64,000 nt of DNA from Dehalococcoidia bacterium (GCA_034422935.1 DAOUJH010000010.1:193055-257054), one strand, 5' to 3'; shown: positions 38,610-49,534, numbered from the stretch's first letter. The notes: generated by a model from the letters alone, not told the origin. Numbers and translations are program-made.

Positions 38610-39362
38610 ATGTCCGGTCACTCAAAATGGTCCACTATCAAACGCGCCAAAGCGGCAAATGACGCCAAGCGCGGCCAGCTGTTCACCAAGCTGGCCCGGG
38701 AGCTTACCGTGGCCTCCCGCGAGGGGGGCTCCGATCCTGAAATGAACGTGCGGCTCCGTCTTGCCGTGCAGAAGGCCAAAGAGAACAACATGCCCCACGA
38801 CAACATTGAGCGCGCCATCGGCCGCGGCTCCGGCGAAGGCGGGCAGGACTCCCTGCATGAGGTGGTCTACGAGGGATACGGCCCCGGCGGCGCGGCCATC
38901 ATGCTGGAAGCGCTCACCGACAACGCCAACCGCACCGTGTCGGAGGTGCGCAACGCCTTTTCCAAGGGTGGAGGAAACCTGGGCGAAAAGGGTTGCGTGG
39001 CCTGGAACTTCGATACCAGGGGAGTTGTGGTGGTGGAAGCGTCGGAGGACAGGTCCGAAGACCTGACGTTGCTGGCCATAGACGCCGGCGCAGACGATTT
39101 CGAGGACGACGAGGGAGTGCTGGAGGTTCGCGCCGACCCTGCCTCATTCGAGAGTGTGCGGAAGGCCTTGGAAGACGCCGGAGCGGCTATTGTCCGCGCC
39201 GAGCTGTCCATGGTGCCCAAGGCTACGCTGCTCCTGGAGAGCAAGCAGGCGGAACAGACCCTCAGACTCATGGACAGGTTGGAAGAGCTCGACGATATCC
39301 AGCGCGTATACACCAACGCCGACTTCCCCGAAGAAGTGCTGGAAGTATACGGCGCATCCTGA
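38610..39362 (+). CDS. yebC: YebC/PmpR family DNA-binding transcriptional regulator
   Basis: MSGHSKWSTIKRAKAANDAKRGQLFTKLARE..., the canonical YebC N-terminus. Confidence 0.9.
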   Translation: MSGHSKWSTIKRAKAANDAKRGQLFTKLARELTVASREGGSDPEMNVRLRLAVQKAKENNMPHDNIERAIGRGSGEGGQDSLHEVVYEGYGPGGAAIMLEALTDNANRTVSEVRNAFSKGGGNLGEKGCVAWNFDTRGVVVVEASEDRSEDLTLLAIDAGADDFEDDEGVLEVRADPASFESVRKALEDAGAAIVRAELSMVPKATLLLESKQAEQTLRLMDRLEELDDIQRVYTNADFPEEVLEVYGAS

Positions 39363-39383
39363 ACCGAAGCTAAGGATGAAGCC

Positions 39384-39887
39384 ATCTCACTAGTCCTTGG
39401 TATAGACCCCGGAACGCTCTATTTGGGTTACGGCCTTGTAAGAGAGGACGGGGATAGCCCTTGGGTCGTGAAGTGCGGGGTCTTGACCGCCAAGCGCAGC
39501 CTCTCTCTGGGAGAGCGGCTTCATTACCTGCACACCGAATTGATGGCGCTTATGGAGACCTTCCCGCCTGACGAGGTGGCGGTGGAAGACCCGTTTGTCT
39601 CGATCAACGCCAGGACCGCCATGGCTGTCGGGCAGGCACAAGGTCTGGCGCTGATGGCCGCCGCCGCCAGAAGCGTCCCCGTTTCCAGGTACTCCCCGCT
39701 CCAGGTGAAGCTGGCGGTCAGCGGACACGGCGGCGCGACCAAGGAGCAGGTGCAGCAGGCTATACGGATGCAGGTCGACCTTGACGCTGCGGCGATGCCT
39801 GAAGACGCCAGCGATGCCCTGGCCGTGGCGTTGTGTCATCTGCAGAACCGTCGAGAGGCGGCGCTGATGGCCGGGGAGGGTACGTAG
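39384..39887 (+). CDS. ruvC: Holliday junction resolvase RuvC (start codon unresolved)
   Basis: The ORF-track start (TTG 39423) would remove the conserved LGIDPG motif that holds the first catalytic Asp. The frame is open back to the yebC stop and reads ...ISLVLGIDPGTLYLGYGLV. The only well-placed candidate is ATC at 39384, 7 nt after AAGGA. Confidence 0.75.
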   Translation: MSLVLGIDPGTLYLGYGLVREDGDSPWVVKCGVLTAKRSLSLGERLHYLHTELMALMETFPPDEVAVEDPFVSINARTAMAVGQAQGLALMAAAARSVPVSRYSPLQVKLAVSGHGGATKEQVQQAIRMQVDLDAAAMPEDASDALAVALCHLQNRREAALMAGEGT

Positions 39888-39891
39888 TCCC

Positions 39892-40470
39892 ATGATCAGT
39901 TCAGTCAAAGGAGTCATCCAGGCCATCGGCGACAACTACGTGGTCATTCAGGTGGCCGGGATAGGTGTCCAGGTCTACGTACCGGGTTCCGTTACCGAAA
40001 CCATAGGACGGGAAGGCGACTCCGTGACGCTCCACACCTCGCTTCTCATCAGGAATGAGGTTCCCGTCCTTTACGGCTTCCCCGTACCGGCTGGTAAACG
40101 TCTGTTCGATCTGCTCCAGGAGGTGAGCGGCGTGGGCCCAAGGCTGGCCTTGGACGTCCTTGACGCCCTGACTCCCGACGATGCAGCGGTGGCTATAGTG
40201 TCCGGCAATGCAGACCTGCTTTCCAGCGTTAAGGGCATAGGGAAGCGTACGGCCGGCCGCATAGTCATCGATCTGCAGAGCAAGCTGCAAAAGGAGTGGG
40301 AGGCCGCTGCCGTGGGCACGATGGGTCCAAACGGAGAGGTTGTGGCCGCGCTGCAGGCGCTGGGCTACTCCCCCGCCGAGGTGCAGCAGGCGGTATCCGC
40401 CCTTGATGATACGGAAGCCCCCCTGGAAGAGCAGGTGCGCCAGGCGCTGCAGCGGCTGGTCAGGGAGTAG
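39892..40470 (+). CDS. ruvA: Holliday junction branch migration complex subunit RuvA
   Basis: MISSVKGVIQAIGDNYVVIQVAGIGVQVYVP... OB-fold N-terminus plus HhH motifs. Confidence 0.9.
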   Translation: MISSVKGVIQAIGDNYVVIQVAGIGVQVYVPGSVTETIGREGDSVTLHTSLLIRNEVPVLYGFPVPAGKRLFDLLQEVSGVGPRLALDVLDALTPDDAAVAIVSGNADLLSSVKGIGKRTAGRIVIDLQSKLQKEWEAAAVGTMGPNGEVVAALQALGYSPAEVQQAVSALDDTEAPLEEQVRQALQRLVRE

Positions 40471-40472
40471 CG

Positions 40473-41237
40473 TTGTCTTTCGGGGATGCCTGGGGCGACC
40501 TGTACGACCGGGCGCACACGCTGAAGGAGGACATCCCCTTCTGGGTGCGGGAGGCAAAGGCGTCCGGAGGGCCTGTTCTGGAACTGGGATGCGGCACGGG
40601 CCGCGTCACCATCCCCGTCGCCCAAGCAGGCATTCCGATAACCGGCCTGGACAACTCTCCCGCCATGCTCAGCAGTGCGCGGGCCAAAGCCCGTAAGCTG
40701 GGACTGGCCAAGGAAGCGCTGAAGTTCCGGCTTGGTGATATGCGCGACTTCAAACTGGGCCGGAAGTTCCCTCTCGTCATTATTCCCTTTAGGTCGTTTC
40801 AGTTGCTCCTGTCGGTGGCGGACCAGCGGCAGGCTCTGGAGAACATCAGGAGGCATCTCACCTCGGAAGGCCGCCTTATAATCGACCTCTTCGTGCCTGA
40901 TCAGGAGCGGTTGATCAGGGAGTCGTCGGAGCCGGTGTTCAGGCGGGAGATCGTAGATGAAGAAACCGGGCGGAGGCTCAGGCTCAGCGAGCAGAACCGG
41001 CACGACCCGTTCGGTCAGATAATAAACGCCCGCACCATTCTGGAAGAGCTTGATGTCGAGGGAAGCAGGACGAACAGGTGGGACGTGGCATATCAGCTGC
41101 GTTACCTGTACAGGTTCGAAGCGCAGCACCTGCTGGAAGCCGCGGGATACCGCTTGCTGGAGCTATACGGCGATTTCAATCGAACGCCTTTCGACGAGGC
41201 CAGCACCGAGATGATATGGGTCGTAGCGCCGGTGTAG
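40473..41237 (+). CDS. Class I SAM-dependent methyltransferase
   Basis: Motif I VLELGCGTGRV. TTG start 2 nt after the ruvA stop. Confidence 0.75.
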   Translation: MSFGDAWGDLYDRAHTLKEDIPFWVREAKASGGPVLELGCGTGRVTIPVAQAGIPITGLDNSPAMLSSARAKARKLGLAKEALKFRLGDMRDFKLGRKFPLVIIPFRSFQLLLSVADQRQALENIRRHLTSEGRLIIDLFVPDQERLIRESSEPVFRREIVDEETGRRLRLSEQNRHDPFGQIINARTILEELDVEGSRTNRWDVAYQLRYLYRFEAQHLLEAAGYRLLELYGDFNRTPFDEASTEMIWVVAPV

Positions 41238-41309
41238 ACGGGGTTGGCATCTGTTATCCTAGGAGCGCGGTTTGCCGCTAGCAGGATGCACGTTTAGAGG
41301 ACTTGAACC

Positions 41310-43334
41310 ATGCGCGCAGTGCAAGAAGGGAAATTTGAGGTAGTCTCCGACTTTCAGCCCACGGGAGACCAGCCGGGGGCCATAGATAGTCTTGTGGAGG
41401 GCATTACCTCCGGTCGGAAACACCAGGTGCTTCTGGGCGTCACCGGTTCGGGGAAGACCTACACCATGGCCAAGGTAGCGGAGGCTGTGCAGCGTCCCAC
41501 GCTGGTCATTGCCCACAACAAGACACTGGCGGCGCAGCTGGCCACCGAGTTCAAGGAGTTCTTCCCCAACAACGCCGTGGAGTACTTCGTCAGCTACTAC
41601 GACTACTACCAGCCGGAGGCTTACGTTCCGCGGACGGATACGTACATTGAGAAGGACGCCGACGTCAACGATGAGATCGATAAGCTGAGGCACGCCGCCA
41701 CCAGGGCGCTGCTCACCAGGCGGGACACCCTGATCGTGGCCTCCGTTTCGTGCATATACGGCCTGGGGTCGCCGGAGGAGTACCAGAGCTTCGTGGCCTA
41801 CGTACAGAAAGGCGAGCAGCGAAACCGGCAGCGGCTTCTGCGCCACCTGGTGGACATGCAGTACGAAAGGAACGACATGGACTTGTCGCGGGGGAAGTTC
41901 CGCATACGCGGGGACACCCTGGAGATACTCCCCGCCTATGACGAGCTGGCCGTGCGGATTGAGTTCTTCGGCGACGAGGTGGAGCGTATCATAGAGCTTG
42001 ACCCCCTCACCGGCGAGGTCATGGCGGAGCGCGACGCCATCGAGATATACCCGGCCAAGCACTTCGTGACCTCCGCCGAAAAGCTGGACATGGGCATCGG
42101 CGACATACGGGACGAGATGGCTGAGCGCGTCGAATGGCTGAAATCGCAGGGCAAGCTGCTGGAAGCCCAGCGGCTCGAATCGCGAACCAACTACGACATA
42201 GAGATGCTGCGAGAAACGGGGTACTGTGCCGGAGTGGAGAACTACTCGCGGCCACTGGCGCAGAGGGCCGCGGGAAGCACCCCCTGGACGTTGATGGACT
42301 ACTTCCCCGATGACTTCCTGCTGTTCATCGACGAGTCGCACATGACCGTCCCCCAGTTGCACGGCATGTATCACGGGGACATCTCGCGCAAGCAAACGCT
42401 GGTCGATTACGGGTTCCGACTGCCTTCGGCGCTGGACAACCGCCCCCTTAACTTTGAGGAGTTCGAGGCTCACGTCAACCAGGCGGTCTACGTATCGGCT
42501 ACGCCGGGCCCGTATGAGATGCGAACGGCGGAGCGGGTGGTGGAGCAGGTGATACGGCCCACAGGGCTTCTTGATCCCACCATAGAGGTCAAGCCCACTT
42601 CCGGCCAAATAGACGACCTGCTGTTCCAGATAAACGAAAGGGTCAAGAAGGGGGAACGCTGTTTGGTCACTACGCTGACCAAGCGCATGGCGGAGGAGCT
42701 GACCGATTATCTAAGAGAGATGAACGTGAAGACCCAGTATCTCCACTCGGAGATAGACACGCTGGACCGCAGCGAGCGGCTCCGCGACCTTCGCCTGGGG
42801 GTCTACGACGTGGTTGTGGGCATCAACCTGTTGAGGGAAGGGCTGGACCTTCCCGAGGTGAGCTTGGTGGCGATTCTTGACGCTGACAAGGAGGGCTATC
42901 TGAGGTCGCAGTCGGCGCTGATTCAGACCATGGGCCGCGCCGCCCGGCACGTGGACGGCCACGTCATCATGTACGCCGACGTGAGGACGGCCTCCATGAA
43001 GGCGTCCATAGAGGAGACGGAGCGCCGCCGCAAGATACAGGAAGCCCACAATATAGAGCACAACATCACCCCGGAAGGTATCCGGAAGGCGATCAGGGAC
43101 ATCACCGACCGCGTCAAGGCTATAGCGGAAACCAAGGCCGTCTATTCAACCTATCGGGACATGCCCAAGGACGAGCTCTTGCGCGCCGTCAAGGACCTGG
43201 AGTCGCAGATGAAGCAGGCGGCAAAGAACCTGGAGTTTGAAAAAGCGGCCCTTCTCAGGGATGAGATAGTGGAGCTTAGAAAAGTGCTCGCCGGTGAGCA
43301 GGATGCGCGGATAAAAGAAGCCATCAGCAGCTAG
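41310..43334 (+). CDS. uvrB: Excinuclease ABC subunit B
   Basis: ...[14 protein letters not shown]..., GVTGSGKT Walker A, helicase motifs, and a C-terminal UVR domain ([13 protein letters not shown]). Confidence 0.95.
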   Translation: MRAVQEGKFEVVSDFQPTGDQPGAIDSLVEGITSGRKHQVLLGVTGSGKTYTMAKVAEAVQRPTLVIAHNKTLAAQLATEFKEFFPNNAVEYFVSYYDYYQPEAYVPRTDTYIEKDADVNDEIDKLRHAATRALLTRRDTLIVASVSCIYGLGSPEEYQSFVAYVQKGEQRNRQRLLRHLVDMQYERNDMDLSRGKFRIRGDTLEILPAYDELAVRIEFFGDEVERIIELDPLTGEVMAERDAIEIYPAKHFVTSAEKLDMGIGDIRDEMAERVEWLKSQGKLLEAQRLESRTNYDIEMLRETGYCAGVENYSRPLAQRAAGSTPWTLMDYFPDDFLLFIDESHMTVPQLHGMYHGDISRKQTLVDYGFRLPSALDNRPLNFEEFEAHVNQAVYVSATPGPYEMRTAERVVEQVIRPTGLLDPTIEVKPTSGQIDDLLFQINERVKKGERCLVTTLTKRMAEELTDYLREMNVKTQYLHSEIDTLDRSERLRDLRLGVYDVVVGINLLREGLDLPEVSLVAILDADKEGYLRSQSALIQTMGRAARHVDGHVIMYADVRTASMKASIEETERRRKIQEAHNIEHNITPEGIRKAIRDITDRVKAIAETKAVYSTYRDMPKDELLRAVKDLESQMKQAAKNLEFEKAALLRDEIVELRKVLAGEQDARIKEAISS

Positions 43335-43335
43335 A

Positions 43336-44328
43336 ATGAACCGTTTGCCAAAGAGACTTCTCATCCTGGCCTTGCTCATTACTCTTTTGCTGGCGGCCTT
43401 GTTTACTATGCTGTTCCTAGCCGCCCGTTCACCCACCCTATTGGAGACGGATCCAATGCTCCCGCCCGGCTTTGAAGAGGCGCGCCTGCCGGACGGCGAC
43501 TTCAACGCCTACCTCTACGTTAGCCACGGCGCGCCTGTCGCCGTGCCGCCGGAGGCCTTCGGCGAGTCCGCCGGCGCTTCTGCACAACCAGACCTAGAGC
43601 TTTCATCGCTTGGAGCGTGGGTAGGGCCGAGCCTGGATAGCTTTGGAGCAAGGGCAGAGTTCCAAGGACAAGTACAGGCCCAGGCTGCTGAAACGGCGCT
43701 GGGCGACGCCGTGGAGAGATGGCGTGAGGACAGCACATTGCGTCTGGTGCGTGGCGAAGGTGCCTGGGCGGACGATGTTGAGGCTGCAATGCGAGCAGGT
43801 GACGGCGTGACCTTCAAGAACAAGTACGAAGATGTATGGAGGTTGCTGCGCCTCCTGCCTGAAGAGCCTCCCCTTGAACCGGCTGCTGCCGGCTTCATAG
43901 CTGCCGACAGCGATTTGCTGGACTCGTTGACCTCCAGAGCCGGTCTTGAATTGGGGGGATTGGGCCAGGCCATGGGCACGATAAATGTCGAGAGCATAGC
44001 CTACGTTGCTTACGCGGATGATGATCTGCGGTTGCCTGAACAAGTGGACAGCGAGTTCGTGAGGGATTCCGGAGCAGCGGCCGTATTCGTCGCCCGGTCA
44101 TCCTATCCCGGCTTCATACTGGGCTTCTTCCTCAACGTATTCGCCGACAGGGTGGACCTGGAGAGCGATACCCGGATTGCAGGGGAGGACGTCCTGTCCC
44201 GGGGCATGGACGGGGTTCACCTGCTGGTCAAGCCGCTGGGCAGCGTCATCTTCATTGTGGTTGCTTCCGAGGAACGGAACTCTGAGAGGTTGATGGAGAG
44301 CGTGCTACGGAAGCACTTGGCAGGCTAG
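43336..44328 (+). CDS. Hypothetical membrane-anchored protein
   Basis: 330 aa with an N-terminal TM/signal-anchor ([23 protein letters not shown]). The start ATG lies 1 nt after the uvrB stop. I recognise no family. Confidence 0.55.
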   Translation: MNRLPKRLLILALLITLLLAALFTMLFLAARSPTLLETDPMLPPGFEEARLPDGDFNAYLYVSHGAPVAVPPEAFGESAGASAQPDLELSSLGAWVGPSLDSFGARAEFQGQVQAQAAETALGDAVERWREDSTLRLVRGEGAWADDVEAAMRAGDGVTFKNKYEDVWRLLRLLPEEPPLEPAAAGFIAADSDLLDSLTSRAGLELGGLGQAMGTINVESIAYVAYADDDLRLPEQVDSEFVRDSGAAAVFVARSSYPGFILGFFLNVFADRVDLESDTRIAGEDVLSRGMDGVHLLVKPLGSVIFIVVASEERNSERLMESVLRKHLAG

Positions 44329-45560
44329 TCGCCTACCAGCAGCCGCGCCGGGTCTTCCAGCAGATCCTTGATCCTGACCAGGCAGGACACCGCCGACTTG
44401 CCGTCGACTATGCGGTGGTCGTAGGTGAGGGCTATGTACATCATGGGCCTCACTGCCACCTGTCCGTCTACCACTACGGGGCGCTCTTTGATGCCGTGCA
44501 TGCCAAGAATGCCCACCTGCGGCGGGTTGAGCAGTGGCGTCGACATCAGTGAGCCGAAAATGCCGCCGTTGGTTATGGTGAACGTGCCGCCCTGCAGCTC
44601 CTCTATGGTCAGCTTGCGCTCTCTGGCGCGCATTGCGAGATCCAGGATGGCCGATTCAACTTCGGCAAAGCTCTTCTTGTCGGCGTCTCTAACCACGGGC
44701 ACAACGAGGCTGTCCTCCGTGCTGATAGCTATACCGATGTCGTAGTAGTGCTTGAGCACCAGCTCGTTGCCTTGCAGCTCGGAATTGACGATGGGGAACT
44801 CCTTCAACGCTTCCACCACGGCCTTGGTGAAGAAGGACATGAATCCCAAGGACACACCGTGACGCTCCTTGAACGAGTCGCGCCTGCGCTTGCGTATCTC
44901 CATTATGCCGCTCATATCGGCCTCGTTGAAGGTGGTGGTCATGGCCGTGGTCTGCACGGCTTGGGCCATGCGGCTGGCCATGGTCTGCTGGCGGCGGCTC
45001 AGAGGGATGCGCTCTTCGCGGCGGTCTGCCGCGAAGGCAGGTGCGGGTGCGGGGGGCGCCACCGGCTCAACTGCCGTGGGCTGCCGTCTCTCAAGGTAGC
45101 TCATAACGTCTTCTTTGGTTACTCTGCCGCCGGCGCCGCTGGCGGGTACTTGTGAGAGGTCTATGCCGTGCTCGGCGGCAATGCGCCGCGCCACGGGCGT
45201 CACGCGCTCAGCATCCGCCGGAGAAGGCGAGGCGGCAGCGGGTGCGGCTTCCTGTGCCGCCGCTCCGTTGCCTGCTATGGCCTCCGCGGGGGGAGTCGCA
45301 GCCTGTGCTGCCCCGGGAGCCGCGCCCTCAGCCACCGTTGCCAGCACGTCGCTGACGGTTACGGTGGCGCCCTCCTGCTTGAGTATCTCTTCCAGAACTC
45401 CGGCTTGGGACGAGACCACTTCAACGTTCACCTTGTCGGTTTCCAGCTCAACCAAAGGCTCATCGGCGGAGACAGCCTCCCCGACTTGTTTGAGCCACTT
45501 ACCGACAGTGGCTTCGATTATGGATTCGCCCATTTCCGGAACTTTGACTTCAAGAGACAT
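44325..45560 (-). CDS. sucB: 2-oxoglutarate dehydrogenase E2 (dihydrolipoyllysine-residue succinyltransferase)
   Basis: Lipoyl domain ...[12 protein letters not shown]..., an Ala/Pro linker, a subunit-binding domain, and a catalytic domain with DHRIVDG. Confidence 0.9.
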   Translation of the reverse strand: MSLEVKVPEMGESIIEATVGKWLKQVGEAVSADEPLVELETDKVNVEVVSSQAGVLEEILKQEGATVTVSDVLATVAEGAAPGAAQAATPPAEAIAGNGAAAQEAAPAAASPSPADAERVTPVARRIAAEHGIDLSQVPASGAGGRVTKEDVMSYLERRQPTAVEPVAPPAPAPAFAADRREERIPLSRRQQTMASRMAQAVQTTAMTTTFNEADMSGIMEIRKRRRDSFKERHGVSLGFMSFFTKAVVEALKEFPIVNSELQGNELVLKHYYDIGIAISTEDSLVVPVVRDADKKSFAEVESAILDLAMRARERKLTIEELQGGTFTITNGGIFGSLMSTPLLNPPQVGILGMHGIKERPVVVDGQVAVRPMMYIALTYDHRIVDGKSAVSCLVRIKDLLEDPARLLVGD

Positions 45561-45568
45561 TGATCACC

Positions 45569-48373
45569 TCAAAAAGGAGCTGCGGTCATCGACTTGATGG
45601 GAGCAAACCCTTCACGGATGAGCCGATCCTGTTCAACTTTATGGAGTGTGGCCGAGCCTTCGGCGGGACTGGAACGCCCTGGGCGGCCAATGTAGACCAG
45701 CGGCAGGCCGGGCTTGAGAATGTCGCGCAACTTGGGTTCTACCGAGCTCCAAGCCCCTCTCTTTTGGGGTTCCTCTTGCAGCCAGACCACCTCTTCTGCG
45801 TTGCTGTACGTGCCGAGAACCGTGGATAGTATCTTGCTGGGGAAGGGATAAAGCTCTTCCACGCGGACTATGGCCACGGATTCAGCGTCAACGTACTCCT
45901 TGCTGCCTATGAGGTCTACGTAGACCTTGCCCGTGCACAGGATGACGCGTTTGATCCCGCTTGGGTTTCCTTGCGCCCGTGCGTCGTCGATAACCGGTTG
46001 GAAAGAACCCTGGGAGAGGTCCTCCAAGGACGAGGCGGCATCGGGATGGCGCAGCAGGCTCTTGGCAGTCATGATAACCAGCGGTCTGGGATCCGTACGG
46101 ATGAGCGCCGCTTGTTCCCTGAGCAGGTGGAAGTATTGAGCCGCCGTAGAGCAGTAGGCAACGCGGAAGGAGCCTTCATTGGCGAGCTGTAGAAACCTCT
46201 CCAGGAAGCCGCTGGAGTGATTCGGCCCCTGGCCCTCATAACCATGAGGAAGAAGCAGAACAAGGCCGGAGCTCAGGCCCCATTTGACTTTGGCGCTGGC
46301 TATGAATTCGTCCACTATGGACTGGGTGTTGTTCACAAAATCGCCAAACTGGGCTTCCCATAGCACCAGGGTATCGGTGGCTTGCACGCTGTAGCCGTAT
46401 TCAAAGCCCAGCACTCCTTGTTCGGATAGAGGGCTGTTGTATATGGCAAAAGGCGCTCGGGCGCTGGGCAAAGAGGCGAGGGGCGTAAACCGGTCGCCGT
46501 TGTTCACGTCGTGAAACACGGCGTGCCGCTGTGTAAACGTGCCTCGCTCCGTGTCCTGTCCGCTGATGCGGATTGGAGTGCCATCCGCAATTATGGAGGC
46601 GAAGGATAGGGCTTCGGCGTGCGCCCAGTCGATGCGTCCTCCTCCGTTGAAGGCCTCCCGGCGCCTCTGTAGGGGACGCTCCAGCTTGGAGCTCAGGGAA
46701 AACCCTTCCGGCACCGCGTGCAGTTCCTCGTTGAGGCGCATGAGCGTTTCTGCGGGTACGGACGTGGCTATTTCTGGTGGTTCGCCTTCGGGAGCAGGCT
46801 CAGGCAGCACTTTGGACTCGTCTTTCGCCATCTCCTGGACAGTGGTCAGAGCTTCCTGGAGCTGGTTCCGTACGTCCTGCACCATCTCCGCGGCTTCTTC
46901 GGCGGATACTACGCCTTCTTTTATCAGCTGCTCGGCCCAAATGGCGCGAACCGTGGGGTGATCATGGATGACGTTGTACATGACGGGCTGTGTGAAGGAG
47001 GGCTCGTCTCCTTCGTTGTGCCCGTAACGGCGGTATCCAATGAGATCAATGAGGAAATCCTTGTTAAAGCGCTCTCTGTAGGCAAACGCAAGGCGCGTAG
47101 CGTTCAGACAGCCTTCTACGTCGTCGGCGTTAACGTGGATGATAGGAATATCAAACCCCCGGGCTATGTCTGAGGCGTAGGGGGTGGAGTACGATTCGTG
47201 GGCCTCGGTGGTGAAGCCTATCTGGTTGTTGACTATGATGTGGATAATCCCACCGGTGGTGTACCCTTCAAGCTGAGCCATGTTCAGGGTTTCAGGCACT
47301 ACACCTTCGCCTGCAAAGGCGGCGTCGCCGTGGACCAGGATGCCAAGAGCCTTGCGCATGTTGGGTTCCGGTGTCGTGCCATCGCGGCCGTTTGAGTCTT
47401 GAATCGCGCGCACAGCTCCCACGGCTGCAGGATTGACAAGCTCCAGATGACTGGGATTGGGGAACATGGAGATGGTGACCTCGTTGCCTCCCGTGGCAAC
47501 CCTGGTCTCGGCGCCTTGGTGGTACTTGACGTCTCCGGAGGAACCGTGGTCGGTTTCTTCGTCGCCAAGGCTGTAGCCGTACATGAACTCGGCCAGCAGG
47601 GAGTCGTACGGCTTCTCGAAGATGTGGGTAAGGACGTTGAGTCTGCCCCTATGTGCCATGGCTATCATTATGGACTCTACATCCGACCGGGAGGCTTGCT
47701 GGACTACTTCGTCCAGTACCGGCACCAGGGTGTCGTTCCCCTCCACGGAGAACCACTTCTGCCCTGGGAAGCTGCGATGGAGAAAATGCTCGAAGGCTTC
47801 AGCCTGGCTGAGGCGTTTGAGCAGGGCAAGCCTCTGGTCGCTGTCAAGCTGGGGGCTGAACTCGCCGGATTCCACGCAGTGTTGCAGCCAGTCCTTTTCC
47901 ACGGCGTTCCGGATGTGCCCAAATTCATAGCCCGTGGCGCCAAAATACAGCTCTCTGAGCTTGGAAATCACCTCTTGTGCCGTTGCCGCCCCTATGGCGA
48001 GCGGGCTATGCACTAGCTGGGGCGGAAGGCCGCGCAGCTTTTGTTCAGGTATGCTCTGGAGCGTGGCCTCGGTGGAAGGCTCGCGATGCGGGCGGAGCCC
48101 CAGGGGGTCCAGGTTTGCCACAAGATGGCCGTTATCCCGGATGCGCTCCACGAGATTGACGACGCTGCGGAGTTGTTCATAATCGACAGATGGGGCATCC
48201 GCTGCCGGGGCCTGTGTGGCAGGAGCGCCGCCCGTTAGGTAGGGAGCCCAGCTATCAAAGAAACTGCGTACCTGCGGATCAACCGATCCGCTGTCCTTGA
48301 GGTAGGCTTCGTAGAGCTCTATTAGATACGCAGAATTCGGCCCCGTGAAGGGTTCCATGCTGGTCATGCTCAA
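45569..48373 (-). CDS. sucA: 2-oxoglutarate dehydrogenase E1 component
   Basis: 934 aa with an OGDH E1 N-terminus (...NSAYLIELYEAYLKD) and ThDP-binding regions. Confidence 0.9.
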   Translation of the reverse strand: MSMTSMEPFTGPNSAYLIELYEAYLKDSGSVDPQVRSFFDSWAPYLTGGAPATQAPAADAPSVDYEQLRSVVNLVERIRDNGHLVANLDPLGLRPHREPSTEATLQSIPEQKLRGLPPQLVHSPLAIGAATAQEVISKLRELYFGATGYEFGHIRNAVEKDWLQHCVESGEFSPQLDSDQRLALLKRLSQAEAFEHFLHRSFPGQKWFSVEGNDTLVPVLDEVVQQASRSDVESIMIAMAHRGRLNVLTHIFEKPYDSLLAEFMYGYSLGDEETDHGSSGDVKYHQGAETRVATGGNEVTISMFPNPSHLELVNPAAVGAVRAIQDSNGRDGTTPEPNMRKALGILVHGDAAFAGEGVVPETLNMAQLEGYTTGGIIHIIVNNQIGFTTEAHESYSTPYASDIARGFDIPIIHVNADDVEGCLNATRLAFAYRERFNKDFLIDLIGYRRYGHNEGDEPSFTQPVMYNVIHDHPTVRAIWAEQLIKEGVVSAEEAAEMVQDVRNQLQEALTTVQEMAKDESKVLPEPAPEGEPPEIATSVPAETLMRLNEELHAVPEGFSLSSKLERPLQRRREAFNGGGRIDWAHAEALSFASIIADGTPIRISGQDTERGTFTQRHAVFHDVNNGDRFTPLASLPSARAPFAIYNSPLSEQGVLGFEYGYSVQATDTLVLWEAQFGDFVNNTQSIVDEFIASAKVKWGLSSGLVLLLPHGYEGQGPNHSSGFLERFLQLANEGSFRVAYCSTAAQYFHLLREQAALIRTDPRPLVIMTAKSLLRHPDAASSLEDLSQGSFQPVIDDARAQGNPSGIKRVILCTGKVYVDLIGSKEYVDAESVAIVRVEELYPFPSKILSTVLGTYSNAEEVVWLQEEPQKRGAWSSVEPKLRDILKPGLPLVYIGRPGRSSPAEGSATLHKVEQDRLIREGFAPIKSMTAAPF

Positions 48374-48574
48374 TCCTCTTCCTTCACCCCTCTTGCAATA
48401 TCTTGGTCAAAGGGGCGCTCCTCCGTAGTCCACCTTGAATATGGACAGCGCCGAGACCTTTATACCATATTGCTGAAGGCAATAATAAGTCTACCATGAA
48501 AGGACGCCGTGAAGCTAGGAGAAAGACAGGTATCGGCTAGCTTTGGGGGGCGTATTAGCCGCGTCGTAATCAGA

Positions 48575-48603
48575 TTGACACTCCAGTCCGGCAATGCTAA
48601 ATT
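48575..48603 (+). promoter_or_regulatory. Sigma70-type promoter for the zinc-ribbon/dtd pair
   Basis: TTGACA (48575-48580), a 17-nt spacer, then TAAATT (48598-48603). A 9-bp hairpin (48612-48620 / 48630-48638) follows in the leader. Confidence 0.55.
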
Positions 48604-48663
48604 GGTAGGTGTTAGCAGTCTTGAAAAGGGACTGCTAAATGTTGTCAGAGGGATTCCTATCGC

Positions 48664-48954
48664 GTGCCTACCTACGAGTATCAGTGCTCTGTCTGCAAAC
48701 ACCCTTTTGAGCTAAGACACGGTTTCAATGGCTCAACGGTACGGGAATGTCCCGTCTGTCAGGGAGAGGCGCACCGCAAGATTCACTCCGTGCCCGTTAT
48801 ATACAAGGGAAGCGGTTTCTATACAACCGACTATGCACGCCGGGGTTCCCCTGCCAACACCTCCTCCGGCTCTTCCAGCGCATCCTCCGGTTCTTCTAGC
48901 GATTCCTCCTCCGATTCCTCAGACTCGACAAGTTCTTCAGACTCGCCGGAGTAA
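48664..48954 (+). CDS. FmdB-family zinc-ribbon protein (CxxC...CxxC) with a Ser-rich tail
   Basis: [16 protein letters not shown]...ECPVCQG... followed by ...[30 protein letters not shown]. Confidence 0.8.
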   Translation: MPTYEYQCSVCKHPFELRHGFNGSTVRECPVCQGEAHRKIHSVPVIYKGSGFYTTDYARRGSPANTSSGSSSASSGSSSDSSSDSSDSTSSSDSPE

Positions 48955-48956
48955 CC

Positions 48957-49421
48957 TTGCGTGCTCTGATACAGCGCGTTTCCCAAGCCTCCGTTTCAGT
49001 GGACAACCAGACCGTGGGCTCCATCGGCCCGGGACTTGTCGTGTTCTTGGGAATCGGACAGGGCGATAGCGAAGCGGATGCCGCCTATCTGGTCGAGAAA
49101 ATAGCGAACCTACGGATATTCGCTGATCCCGAGGGCAGGTTCAACCTATCGGCGCTGGATACCGGAGGAGAGGTCCTGCTCATCAGCCAGTTCACCCTCT
49201 ACGCCGAAACGCGCAAAGGCCGTCGCCCGTCCTTTACGGGAGCCGCGCCGCCGGAGCAGGCGAAACCCATGACGGAGAAGGTCGAAGGTATGTTGAGAGA
49301 GCGCGGCCTCAGGGTGGCCTCCGGGGTCTTCCAGGCCATGATGAAAGTCAGCCTGGTCAACGAGGGGCCGGTGACTATTTTCATCGACAGCGCGGAGAGG
49401 AATCGGCCCCGGGCGGGATAG
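48957..49421 (+). CDS. dtd: D-aminoacyl-tRNA deacylase
   Basis: [15 protein letters not shown]....[13 protein letters not shown]...SQFTLYA...GRRPSF motifs; TTG start. Confidence 0.9.
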   Translation: MRALIQRVSQASVSVDNQTVGSIGPGLVVFLGIGQGDSEADAAYLVEKIANLRIFADPEGRFNLSALDTGGEVLLISQFTLYAETRKGRRPSFTGAAPPEQAKPMTEKVEGMLRERGLRVASGVFQAMMKVSLVNEGPVTIFIDSAERNRPRAG

Positions 49422-49534
49422 CGTTCGGGGTGAACACCACGTTCAGGCTCGGCAAGGTTCTCTCAGAACTGGGGTCGCTTTAGACCGGCAACAGGCGTGC
49501 TATGGGCTACCACAGGCGGCGCACACCGTATCGA

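Noticed and set aside
41259-42608. 449-aa minus-strand ORF
   Set aside because: It is antisense to uvrB; a shadow ORF with a low-complexity Arg/Val/Leu/Gly composition.
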